A DNA stretch of 64,000 bases. It comes from Candidatus Bathyarchaeota archaeon. Its GTDB lineage: Archaea; Thermoproteota; Bathyarchaeia; Bathyarchaeales; Bathycorpusculaceae. Under the pieces are notes generated by a model, which was given only the letters and a program-made list of their open reading frames with translations, ran no database searches and was not told where the DNA came from. Location of the stretch: the NCBI GenBank assembly GCA_963733095.1, contig CAVTBV010000014.1:64001-128000 (forward strand). The letters are read 5' to 3'. The position numbers were made by a program, and so were the translations under genes. This document shows, in pieces, positions 30,257-39,531 of the stretch (position 1 is the first letter of the stretch; the number at the start of each line of letters is the position of its first letter).

Positions 30257-32583
30257 ATCAGCACCATTCTTTTAGCGAAGACCTTTTCAAACAAATCCTT
30301 CTTCTTATTAAAAGCCTGCTCTTCGAGCATGGATCTTGTTTTGGAAACGCATTCAACAGTAATTCTCTTAGTGCTCACTTTCACATTTAGGGCTTCTGCT
30401 ATTGCCTGATGTGTATAATCTAAGGCGTCCGCAACGCGGAGCAGACTCGACAACATCTTTACTTTTTGGACAGTTAACCGATCCAAAGTCGAAAGGTTGT
30501 AGTTGTCTAGTTCGGGCAACGCTTTGCGGTGGTACCTCGCAACACTTGCAATTATCCGCCTTTCCAGTGAAGTGAAGGGCAGCTTCGTTTCGTTAAGGAT
30601 AAGTTTGGCTGACCTTTTGTGGTGGCTGCTCCTGGATCTTACCAAGCCAATATCGTGCAGAATTGCCGCGCATTCAAGCCAGCACCGTTCACGCATCCCC
30701 AAGTTATGTACCTTAATTAAACCGTCAAATAATGATAAAGTAAGTTTACTAACATGGCTGTAATGCTCAGTGTCGGGCCAATACTTTTTTGAAATTTCAT
30801 CCGAAACCTGTACCATTTTGTCGCAGTCTTGAACCATCAAGTCTTCTTTGGCTTGATCCTCTTTGATAATAGTATCCAAAGATACTCCGCGAAGTAGCAT
30901 CTGAGAGAAACTTTCAGGCAAACCCTTCCGTCTTAGGGCTTCAGCTGCGCCCTCAACGTCGTAATCCAACCGAATTAACTCAACTTTAAACGGGTTAAAA
31001 CTTAAAATCGCATAAGCCGCCTGAGGGTTTCCATCGCCGGGTCTACCTACACTTCCAGGGTTCACAAACCAAACTCCTTTTGCCCGTTTGCGGAACTGTT
31101 CATGAGAATGCCCCATGATGACCACGTCTGCTTTAGCAGTGTCTGCCAGAGGTTTCAGACGTTCAATCGGAGTGTCACGGTAAATGTGCTCTTCAATCGA
31201 CTCGGGACTCCCGTGTGTAACAAGCAGTTTTTTGCCTGCCGCTTCAAGCCGAAGTTCACGCGGCAAAGAAAAAAGGTAACATTTGCAGGACCTCTCCAGC
31301 TCTTTTCTCGCAAATTTCAAGGCAAGGTTTTTTTCGCCTTTAGCCCCTGCTTTGCCCTCTACAACATCCAGGTCGTAATTTCCCAATATGCTTAACACGT
31401 TTTTCTCGCACAACAACTCCACAACTTCGTTTGGGCAAGGACCAAAACCTATCGAGTCCCCAGCATTAACAAAAGCGTTGACTCCCCGTGCTTCAGCATC
31501 GACAATAACTGTTTCTAAAGCATTCAGATTAGCATGAACATCTGACAAAACCGCGATTTTCAAATCTGGGTCTACGAGAACCTGTTTTATTTTTTCTTCA
31601 TCTTTCGCCGCGGATTCTGCATTTATTGTTTTGATGAGCTGAACAAAAAAGCCGGTCTGTTTGTTTTCTTCCCAAAAACGAACGAATTCTTCATAGTTTT
31701 CTTTTCTTTTTCCTTTCACAAAGCTCAGGAAATTTGAGAGCGCTTGCTCTATTTTTGCGGTATTGGCTGGTTTCTTCTGTTTCGATTTTGTTTTGACGAT
31801 TGTTTCTTGCAGGAATTTAGGGATATATTCGATCCAGACGTCGCAATCATGTATTTCGCCCAGAATATCCTGAAACGTCTTAATTGTTTCTATTTCCTCT
31901 CCAAGCTTGTTCGGGTAGAGTGACGCAAACGATTCCATGGTGTAACGGAGTTTCTTCGCGCATATTCTCATTTCATGATGTTTTAAAATTTCATTTTCCG
32001 TGTGAACGTAGTTTTCCATGGCTAAGAAATGATCTATTCTAAAGAAAATGTGCCACCGGGCTTTTTCCAGCACCTTTTGGGGGTTAAAAACTTCCATTGC
32101 TCGCTCCTTTATGATTTGTTCACAAGACTGATGAAGGTCTTCCAAGACATCAGTTGCTTTTAGCTCCTCCAACCCAGCCTCAACTGAAGGTTGAACACTT
32201 TTTCTGCGTTCTCTGTGGCTCTTAAGCAGAACGTCTATGCATACTTTTTCAGTTGCCGAATCCAGTTTTTCCCTATACCGTTCGACGAAGATTATCTGCA
32301 CATCGAGGTCTCTTGCATCGCCAAGTAGGCATGTTACTTTCTTGATTTCGCATATCCATAGTTTGTATTCTTTTTTGTGAAAGCAACCTCGGAAACGAGG
32401 CAGGGTTGCTCTTAGTCTGCGGGAAGTTACGCGAGTTTTATGAACGTATTCGATGTCGTCGTTTTTTATTATTCCAGCAATCTGGTCTTCGAAAACTGAT
32501 AGGAGTTTTAGGAGTGATTGTGACCCAAATTTGCAGTAACTAATGTCAGGTTGGCATTTTTGTGCCTTAGTTGGCGCGTTCAT
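30223..32583 (-). CDS. CHAD + calcineurin-like metallophosphoesterase + Ppx-type HD domain fusion
   Basis: CHAD: VHKTRVTSRRLR, HEMRICAKKLRY, QDILGEIHDCDV. MPP: SDVHAN, GD, GNYD, THGSP, GHSH, NPGSVG. HD: LHDIG, ARYHRK. Confidence 0.88.
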   Translation of the reverse strand: MNAPTKAQKCQPDISYCKFGSQSLLKLLSVFEDQIAGIIKNDDIEYVHKTRVTSRRLRATLPRFRGCFHKKEYKLWICEIKKVTCLLGDARDLDVQIIFVERYREKLDSATEKVCIDVLLKSHRERRKSVQPSVEAGLEELKATDVLEDLHQSCEQIIKERAMEVFNPQKVLEKARWHIFFRIDHFLAMENYVHTENEILKHHEMRICAKKLRYTMESFASLYPNKLGEEIETIKTFQDILGEIHDCDVWIEYIPKFLQETIVKTKSKQKKPANTAKIEQALSNFLSFVKGKRKENYEEFVRFWEENKQTGFFVQLIKTINAESAAKDEEKIKQVLVDPDLKIAVLSDVHANLNALETVIVDAEARGVNAFVNAGDSIGFGPCPNEVVELLCEKNVLSILGNYDLDVVEGKAGAKGEKNLALKFARKELERSCKCYLFSLPRELRLEAAGKKLLVTHGSPESIEEHIYRDTPIERLKPLADTAKADVVIMGHSHEQFRKRAKGVWFVNPGSVGRPGDGNPQAAYAILSFNPFKVELIRLDYDVEGAAEALRRKGLPESFSQMLLRGVSLDTIIKEDQAKEDLMVQDCDKMVQVSDEISKKYWPDTEHYSHVSKLTLSLFDGLIKVHNLGMRERCWLECAAILHDIGLVRSRSSHHKRSAKLILNETKLPFTSLERRIIASVARYHRKALPELDNYNLSTLDRLTVQKVKMLSSLLRVADALDYTHQAIAEALNVKVSTKRITVECVSKTRSMLEEQAFNKKKDLFEKVFAKRMVLIWKQSLKPLDM

Positions 32584-34702
32584 TCCAAATGCCCCTATTC
32601 TCTATGAGCCAAGCTTGAGAATTGATGATTTTTTCGCCTTCTTTAACTGTGACCCTTTCATAGGTTCCATCAGGACGTAATCGTCTAGCTTTAACGTTAT
32701 CGCGAAGATGGATTTTCAACATATCTTCGAGGATAGTTTGTCGAAGGAAGGGGTCAGGCACGGACAAGAGAACTTCGATTCGTTCATTAAGGTTCCTAAA
32801 CATCATGTCTGAGCTGCCAATAAGCACTTCATCTTCAGTGTCATCGCGGAAGTAGTAGATTCGGGCGTGTTCAAGAAAACGTCCAACTATAGAAATAACT
32901 GAAATGTTATCGCTTACACCTTCAATTCCCGGTCTTAAGCAACATAAGCCTCGAACATTGAGTTCAATTTTGACTCCTGCCATCGACGCCTTGTAGAGGG
33001 CTTGAATGATTCCTTTTTCCTCAAGATTATTGAGTTTAAAAGCCAAGTACCCTTTGCCCGTTTTCTGGTGAAAACTTATTTCTTTGTCGATTCTTCTGAG
33101 AATTTCTTTTTTCAAAGTTTTTGGAGCTACAAGCAAATGCTTATTCTCTTTTTCTTGGACTCCCTTTGTTATTGCATCAAATAGGTTTTCAAGCTCCAAC
33201 CCTACTTCAGGGTTCGCCGTAAGATAGCCTATATCGCCATAAATTCTTGCTGTCACAGCATTATAATTACCTGAGCCAATGTGAGAGTATCTAATGGTGC
33301 CGGTTTTTTCTTTTCTTGTGATTAGGCATAGTTTTGCGTGTACTTTGAATTTTGGGAAGTTGTAAACGGTGTTTACGCCGCCGCTTTGCAGTTTCGTGAC
33401 CAAAATGATGTTGTTTTCTTCATCAAATTTGGCTTTCAACTCGACTATGGCAGTGACTTTTTTGCCCTTTCGAGCCGCTTCAATCAACGCGTCAACAATC
33501 GGTGACTTATGGTCCATGCGGTACATTGTTATGCAGATTTCTGAAACATCCTCATCTATCGCTGCTTCTCTTAAAAGGTCAATTATTACGTCGAAGCCGT
33601 CATAGGGGTGGTAGAGGACGTAGTCGTGTTTGGCAATAGTTTCGAAAATGTTGTTATCTGTAATAACTAACGGTGAGATGCATGGAAAGAAGCTTTGATC
33701 TTTAAGGTCTGAGCGGTCTATCTTAAGCAGTTGCCAAAGGTCAACGAGTCCAAGTGGTCCGTCAAACTCGTAGGTCAAATATTCAGGCAAGCCTACTTTT
33801 TTAGCAATTAATTCTCTTATTTGTGTGGGCATTTTTTTGTCAAACTCAAGCCTAGTCGGAAAACCCACTTTGCGCGTGGATAGGCTTTTCTGTACTGTGT
33901 TTAGGAAGTCTGCGGATTCATCCATTAGGATGTCTATTTCTCCATTACGTGTCAGCCTGAATGGATATGCTGTTAGGTTTTTTTCAGTTGGAAAAATCAA
34001 ATCGAGGTTGTTTATGATTAAATCTTCCAGTAACACAAAATTTTCTTCCTTGTTCTCCTTAGGTTCCTTAACTTTGCTTCCATTTGGGATGGTTATTAGT
34101 CTCCCAAATTTTTCGGTAGAAACATCGAGCAAAATGCAGAAGTTTGGGTGATTCTGAAAACCTGAAATGTAGAGAGTTAAATGCAGATTTTCAATCGATA
34201 CACTCTCAAAACCAACCTTAGGAACTCTAATCAATGGAAAAATAGATATCATAAGGAACTCTTGCAGGAGTTCCCTATCTTTTTCTGGCAAATCCTTAAA
34301 GTTATTAATGTGGATTCCTTTTTTTGCTAAGGCAGGGATAAGCTCATTTCTCCAGCAATTTGAGTGCGCTTCAATGAGTGGAATTATTTCTTTTCGTGTA
34401 GCATCAATTTGCTCCATGAAGCTCATTCCATCCATGGATTTTTCCTCTGATCCTGCTTTGGCTTTTTTTATAAGCTTGGCAACGCGTGTCATAAAGAACT
34501 CGTCAAGGTTGCTGCCGCAGATGGCAATGAATTTAACCCTCTCAAGCAAAGGATGCCACAGGTCACGAGCTTCCTCAAGAACACGTGCGTTAAATCTTAT
34601 CCAGCTGAGTTCTCTGTTAAGAAAATAACTTGGATTATCCAGTTGTTTTTTCAGTGTCAAAGCAGTGTTTGTGTCTGAATCAGTGTTGTCTGGAGCTAAC
34701 AA
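32567..34702 (-). CDS. ppk1: polyphosphate kinase 1
   Basis: NRELSW, PLLERVKF, SNLDEFFM, KVHAK, GRFLEHARI. Confidence 0.96.
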   Translation of the reverse strand: MLAPDNTDSDTNTALTLKKQLDNPSYFLNRELSWIRFNARVLEEARDLWHPLLERVKFIAICGSNLDEFFMTRVAKLIKKAKAGSEEKSMDGMSFMEQIDATRKEIIPLIEAHSNCWRNELIPALAKKGIHINNFKDLPEKDRELLQEFLMISIFPLIRVPKVGFESVSIENLHLTLYISGFQNHPNFCILLDVSTEKFGRLITIPNGSKVKEPKENKEENFVLLEDLIINNLDLIFPTEKNLTAYPFRLTRNGEIDILMDESADFLNTVQKSLSTRKVGFPTRLEFDKKMPTQIRELIAKKVGLPEYLTYEFDGPLGLVDLWQLLKIDRSDLKDQSFFPCISPLVITDNNIFETIAKHDYVLYHPYDGFDVIIDLLREAAIDEDVSEICITMYRMDHKSPIVDALIEAARKGKKVTAIVELKAKFDEENNIILVTKLQSGGVNTVYNFPKFKVHAKLCLITRKEKTGTIRYSHIGSGNYNAVTARIYGDIGYLTANPEVGLELENLFDAITKGVQEKENKHLLVAPKTLKKEILRRIDKEISFHQKTGKGYLAFKLNNLEEKGIIQALYKASMAGVKIELNVRGLCCLRPGIEGVSDNISVISIVGRFLEHARIYYFRDDTEDEVLIGSSDMMFRNLNERIEVLLSVPDPFLRQTILEDMLKIHLRDNVKARRLRPDGTYERVTVKEGEKIINSQAWLIENRGIWNERAN

Positions 34703-35046
34703 AGTCTCTACCTGTCGTTTTTCCCATAGTTTAACGTGTTTTTTACTTCAGAATACACGGAAGACGTTCTCATTAGTATCAACGTAGCAATCTAAAAGAA
34801 TCTTTGCCAACATTAAATATTTGTGGTCAACGTTCGCGCTTCTTTAAGGAATTGTTGATGTCAACATATTTAGGCTTGCGAACCGCAAATGTTTCATATT
34901 CGAAAAGTAGGACTTTTTTGTTCATTCCAAGCAACTCATGTATTTTATTGCATGAAGCTCTCTATTAAGACTGTGAAAATGAAATATATAAACAACAATG
35001 GTATATATAGGAAAGGTTAAATTTCTCATTCTATTTACTAAAGAAC

Positions 35047-35496
35047 ATGAATTCTGTGTCACTCAAAGAAAACGGCTTCGCCGAATTTGTTCCAATCAAA
35101 ATGATTACTGTTTCAACCCTGCCGAAGGATAAAAGCAGCGTTCTGGTTTTAGCAGACAGCGCTCTCACTGGAAAACCCGTTTCTGATATTTTATACATTG
35201 GCAAATCAAAGAAGCCCGCTAAAAGAGTCTTTGGCGGATACCTAGCTGGATACGGTGGCAAAGCAACTCGAAAAATCAATTCGATGTTGCTCAACGACGG
35301 ATACCTCGAAAAGGTCACAATCAGCTGGATGATAAGTGACAACCCAAAGGAAACACAAAAAAAACTTCTTGAAAGTTTCAAAAAAGAACACGGCGAATAC
35401 CCCGTTTGGAATGCCCCAAAGAAGGTTTCAGCGCGTCCTAAGCCAAAACCTAAAGTTGCGCCAAAACTTGCAAAAGTTCGCCCTACCCACAAATAA
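35047..35496 (+). CDS. divergent GIY-YIG-like protein with Lys/Pro-rich tail
   Basis: ILYIGKS...R...PVWN pattern of GIY-YIG domains; tail RPKPKPKVAPKLAKVRPTHK. Confidence 0.6.
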   Translation: MNSVSLKENGFAEFVPIKMITVSTLPKDKSSVLVLADSALTGKPVSDILYIGKSKKPAKRVFGGYLAGYGGKATRKINSMLLNDGYLEKVTISWMISDNPKETQKKLLESFKKEHGEYPVWNAPKKVSARPKPKPKVAPKLAKVRPTHK

Positions 35497-35523
35497 TCTC
35501 GCTAATAACGAACTTGCCTATTG

Positions 35524-36054
35524 TTAGGACTTTTTTTGGGAATAATAGTTGATTAAATCTTCAGTAGACCATGGCAAGCAGTCTTTCGCTTCAAAACCCA
35601 GCAACTCAGCGTGCTTGTAAATTAAGTCGCTGCTTTTGGCTTCTATCTCCAAAAACTCCGGAATGTAGCCAAGGTCACCTGTATAACAGTCAAAGTCAAA
35701 GCGTGCCTCATCAACAGTGTAGCTGACCCTATGTTTATGGGTTCTACCTGTTACTGGTAAACCCAAGTTTTCCAAGATTATCTCCATGGTCTTCAGGCTT
35801 GAAACACCGACAGAATATTCCTCCGCCGTTTTTGCTGTTGAGGTCACGTGGACTTTTTTGTAGGTTAATTCAACTTTGTCCTGCTCTTTCCTTAACCGTA
35901 GTACGTTTTTTTGTTTAACTATGGTTCCCTCTTTGAAGTCGAAGAACAAAGTTTCTATTTCGCCATCGAAGACTTTTTTGGCGCCTAAAATAGTCAGGCT
36001 TTTCTCAAGTAACGGTCTGTTAACTTCTAAAATCTTAACTTCTATTTCTTCCAT
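35524..36054 (-). CDS. CYTH-domain (triphosphate tunnel; class IV adenylate cyclase-like) protein
   Basis: EIEVK, LRLR, LTYK, HKHR and FLEIE motifs. Confidence 0.9.
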   Translation of the reverse strand: MEEIEVKILEVNRPLLEKSLTILGAKKVFDGEIETLFFDFKEGTIVKQKNVLRLRKEQDKVELTYKKVHVTSTAKTAEEYSVGVSSLKTMEIILENLGLPVTGRTHKHRVSYTVDEARFDFDCYTGDLGYIPEFLEIEAKSSDLIYKHAELLGFEAKDCLPWSTEDLINYYSQKKS

Positions 36055-36222
36055 AAAAGCAAAGAAAGCGTTTGGCGGTTAAAAACTTGGCTATCAAAAA
36101 GAATTCATAAATGAATTATGTAAGCATTCAACCTGACGCAAACCCTTAATTTCCCATTTGAAGAGCAGGTCATCCATCCAAGTCTTATATTACTGCATAG
36201 TTTTGATTCAAACTTTAGAGCA

Positions 36223-36891
36223 ATGTTCAAAAGCAACATTTTAGCATTCCATTGTTTAATGATACCTGTTCTGAACGTTAATTTTCAAAGCCCCGAAGCC
36301 GACTACAGCCTTAGCGAACGCGATGCTGACGTGCTGGCGCTAATTGAAACCGAGGACTTAGCCACCTTCACCTTCGACGGGCTTAAAAGAAGAACAGGTC
36401 TGCATTCAGAAACGCTCTCACGCATCCTAAGCCGCCTCGAAGAAGAAGGTATAGTGAAAAAGGTGCATGAAGGCTACAAGGTAACCCCAAAAATAACCGA
36501 ACTAAGACTCCACCAACCACACAAAGAAACACCCACCACACCGCTCATACAGACATTCCTACCCTCAGATCTGATGACGCAACAGCTTATTTTGTCGCTT
36601 AAAGGCAAATGGTTCGGCGTGCTCCGATGGCTCGGTATATCAGAAAACAACCAAGGCATAACCCTAAAATGGATCACAGAGGACGGCGCAATCCAAATAG
36701 CTGCCAACATACAAGGAACCGCCCTAAACATCGAAGCCAAATTCTTAACCAGCAACAACGTGAACCTGGCATTGAAGGCTTCATACCAGCTGATGTCGCT
36801 TATAGGCAAACTCTGCATAACCTCACAACCCAGCAGACAAGTCATGGCAAGAAATGTAGGTTACTATAGCGGTTTCACGATGCCTGCCTAA
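36223..36891 (+). CDS. winged-helix DNA-binding protein with C-terminal alpha/beta domain
   Basis: FDGLKRRTGLHSETLSRILSRLEEEGIV wHTH; start could be ATG 36259. Confidence 0.75.
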   Translation: MFKSNILAFHCLMIPVLNVNFQSPEADYSLSERDADVLALIETEDLATFTFDGLKRRTGLHSETLSRILSRLEEEGIVKKVHEGYKVTPKITELRLHQPHKETPTTPLIQTFLPSDLMTQQLILSLKGKWFGVLRWLGISENNQGITLKWITEDGAIQIAANIQGTALNIEAKFLTSNNVNLALKASYQLMSLIGKLCITSQPSRQVMARNVGYYSGFTMPA

Positions 36892-36962
36892 TTTTGTGAC
36901 TGACTTTGCCCATTCCTTAGTCAACAAATACCTTTTTGGCTATTAGTACTTCAGTGAAAAAT

Positions 36963-37895
36963 ATGGCTCAATTAGTTAACCCATTAGAAGTCTTAAAATC
37001 ACTCTCAGAAGCAACAAGCACACTCATCAAGAAAACCTCCGAGTCAGTTGTTAGCGTCAAAGCGCAGATGTCAAGAGGCACAGGCGTTATCCTAACCAAA
37101 GACGGCTACATAGTCACCTGCAACCACGTCCTTCAAGGCTGCGGTACCGTGAAAATCGGGCAAGGAGAAAAAATCTTCAACGCAAAAATCGTAGGCACAG
37201 ACCCATACAACGACATAGCTGTACTCAAAGCAGAGAAAGGCGAATTTACACCCATCGAAACAGCGGATTCAGAAAAACTAAACGTAGGACAATACGTTCT
37301 GGCTCTCGCTAACCCATTCAATAGAAACCAGCCAACAGCAACAAGCGGCATTGTAACAAGCGTGAACAGCACCATCAGAGGTTGGCGAGGATCAACCGCG
37401 ATGGAGAACGTCATCGCTACCGACGCACAACTAAACCCCGGCTTCAGCGGCGGACCACTCATCGACGTTCAAGGCAGACTAATCGGCATAAACACTGCTT
37501 ACGTTTGGCAAAGAGGCATAGCCATCCCCGTAAACAAGGTAAAAGCAATCACAGACCGTTTAATGACTGGAAAAGTCGCGCAAAGAGGATACCTTGGTAT
37601 AGTTGCCAACACAGTAGCCATTCCAGAGGAAATCGCTGAAGCCGCAGGCTTAGAGCAGGACACAGGCGTTATGATCTTTAGTGTTGAAGCAGGTTCACCC
37701 GCGCGCAAAGCAGGTTTAGCAATGGGCGACGTACTCGTCAAGTTCAACGGCAAACCTGTTACCGAGTTCTATGACCTGCCAAGGCTCCTATCCGAAGACG
37801 TAATCAACAAAGAAACCACCCTAACCATAATCCGAAGAGAAAACCTAATCGAAACAACCATAATCCCAACCGTTCATGGAGGCGAAGAAGACTGA
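36963..37895 (+). CDS. HtrA/DegP-family serine protease with one PDZ domain, no signal/TM segment
   Basis: Catalytic triad TCNHV, DIAVL, LNPGFSGGPL; PDZ GYLGI...GSPARKAGL. Confidence 0.92.
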   Translation: MAQLVNPLEVLKSLSEATSTLIKKTSESVVSVKAQMSRGTGVILTKDGYIVTCNHVLQGCGTVKIGQGEKIFNAKIVGTDPYNDIAVLKAEKGEFTPIETADSEKLNVGQYVLALANPFNRNQPTATSGIVTSVNSTIRGWRGSTAMENVIATDAQLNPGFSGGPLIDVQGRLIGINTAYVWQRGIAIPVNKVKAITDRLMTGKVAQRGYLGIVANTVAIPEEIAEAAGLEQDTGVMIFSVEAGSPARKAGLAMGDVLVKFNGKPVTEFYDLPRLLSEDVINKETTLTIIRRENLIETTIIPTVHGGEED

Positions 37896-38041
37896 TAAGC
37901 CATGCACCAGTAGAAATTGAACCGCCCTCCCCCATGCCAGCGCCGCCCCTGCGTAAAAGACCCACAATAACCCCGCAATTCCGCAGCGTTCCACGAGAAG
38001 ACCCATCTCTCCGATTATTCACAAATGAGCACTGGAACTAA
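37892..38041 (+). CDS. putative small Pro-rich protein (49 aa, near-cognate start)
   Basis: CTG/ATA overlapping the htrA stop, GGAGG 9 nt upstream of CTG, T-tract after the TAA; in-frame ATG at codon 15. Confidence 0.4.
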   Translation: MISHAPVEIEPPSPMPAPPLRKRPTITPQFRSVPREDPSLRLFTNEHWN

Positions 38042-38183
38042 ACTCACAGCCTTTTCTTTTTTTTGAACACATTTTTTTGTGCTGCTTTGCGTTTTCAATG
38101 TACAGGTTTTGTTTTGTAAGATTACAAACTCCTTTGAATACCTTATAAATATATTCAACCTATTACTAGTTCGAGGGATTTGC

Positions 38184-38579
38184 ATGCATGCTGGACTAGC
38201 TTTCGTCATAGGTATTTTAGCTACTTTAGCGGCTTTTCTGTTCGTTGCTGCAATTTCCGGAACGACTTTCTATGGCTTAGCTGTTTCGATCGAGTTAACC
38301 ATTGGAATTGCATTAATCATTGTGGCTTTGATTGTGGCTGTCATCTTCTATATGGGTGTCGAAGCTCAGTTTAGGAGAGTAAAAACTGGCAAAGAAGCCC
38401 TAATCGGCGCCAAAGGCATAGCGACCTCGGACCTTAAACCCAAGGGTGAAGTCCGTGTGCTGGGTGAGTTCTGGGAAGCCACAGCCAAAGAGGCGAGACT
38501 CGTAGCTGGTCAAATTGTAGAAGTCGTGGGAATGGAAGGCATGTTTTTGGTGGTTGTACCCGCCGAGCAAAAAGCTTAA
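38184..38579 (+). CDS. short NfeD-family membrane protein
   Basis: Two TM helices plus TGKEALIG...GEVRVLGEFWEA OB-fold. Confidence 0.88.
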   Translation: MHAGLAFVIGILATLAAFLFVAAISGTTFYGLAVSIELTIGIALIIVALIVAVIFYMGVEAQFRRVKTGKEALIGAKGIATSDLKPKGEVRVLGEFWEATAKEARLVAGQIVEVVGMEGMFLVVVPAEQKA

Positions 38580-38619
38580 TTCCCAAAAGCGTAACATAGC
38601 ACTAGTCGAGGAATGAAGT

Positions 38620-39489
38620 TTGGTTGACGTTTTAACTCCTATTATTGGTTTTATTGCTATTGTTGTTGCACTTTTTCTGTTAAGCGGTATTCGTGTGCTT
38701 AGAGAATGGGAACGTATGCCTGTTTTACGTCTTGGGCGCTTTATTGGTCTGAAGGGTCCAGGTATCATGTATCTGGTTCCGTTAATCGACCGTGCACCCC
38801 TAAAAATCTCCACACGCCTAGACACAATTCAATTCCGAACAGAATCCACCTTAACTAAAGATAACGTACCTGTAAATGTTGATTCTGTACTATACATGAA
38901 ACCTGTCGATCTGGAAAAAGCTGTTTTGCAAGTTGAAAACTACTACCAAGCAACTCAGCTTGCGTCACAGACGACTCTGCGAGAAGTTATAGGCAAAGTT
39001 GACTTAAACGAGTTACTTGCTGAACGCGAAAAAGTCGGTGCACGCCTAAGAGAAATCATCGATGAAAAAACGGAGTCATGGGGCATCAAAGTTACCGCTG
39101 TCGAAGTTCGAGATGTCATCATCCCCGCCAACCTACAAGATGCTATGAGCCGCCAAGCACAAGCTGAACGGGAACGCATAGCAAGAGTAACCTTAGCCAC
39201 AGCAGAGTTCGAAGCATCAACAAAAATGATTGAAGCAGCAAAAGCGTACGAATCGAGCCCCGAGGGTCTAAGACTTAGGTGGATGAACATACTCTACGAG
39301 TTAGGTCAACAATCACAAACAAACACTATAATGCTTGTCCCAGCATCCATGCCTGAAGCTGGCTGGCCTCCAATTGGAACCTACGGCTTCAAAGACCTAA
39401 CTCAGGCGCAACAGGCCCTATCAAAGAAGAAACCGATGCTACGAGCAGAACCGTTGCCGCCTGCACCATCTGAGCAAGAAAGTGAATGA
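38620..39489 (+). CDS. SPFH/stomatin-like protein
   Basis: LTKDNVPVNVD, QTTLREVIG, WGIKVTAVE and AMSRQAQAERER motifs. Confidence 0.94.
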   Translation: MVDVLTPIIGFIAIVVALFLLSGIRVLREWERMPVLRLGRFIGLKGPGIMYLVPLIDRAPLKISTRLDTIQFRTESTLTKDNVPVNVDSVLYMKPVDLEKAVLQVENYYQATQLASQTTLREVIGKVDLNELLAEREKVGARLREIIDEKTESWGIKVTAVEVRDVIIPANLQDAMSRQAQAERERIARVTLATAEFEASTKMIEAAKAYESSPEGLRLRWMNILYELGQQSQTNTIMLVPASMPEAGWPPIGTYGFKDLTQAQQALSKKKPMLRAEPLPPAPSEQESE

Positions 39490-39531
39490 GAAGATTTTTT
39501 TCTTCTTTCTCTATTTTTTGCCAAAACGAAA

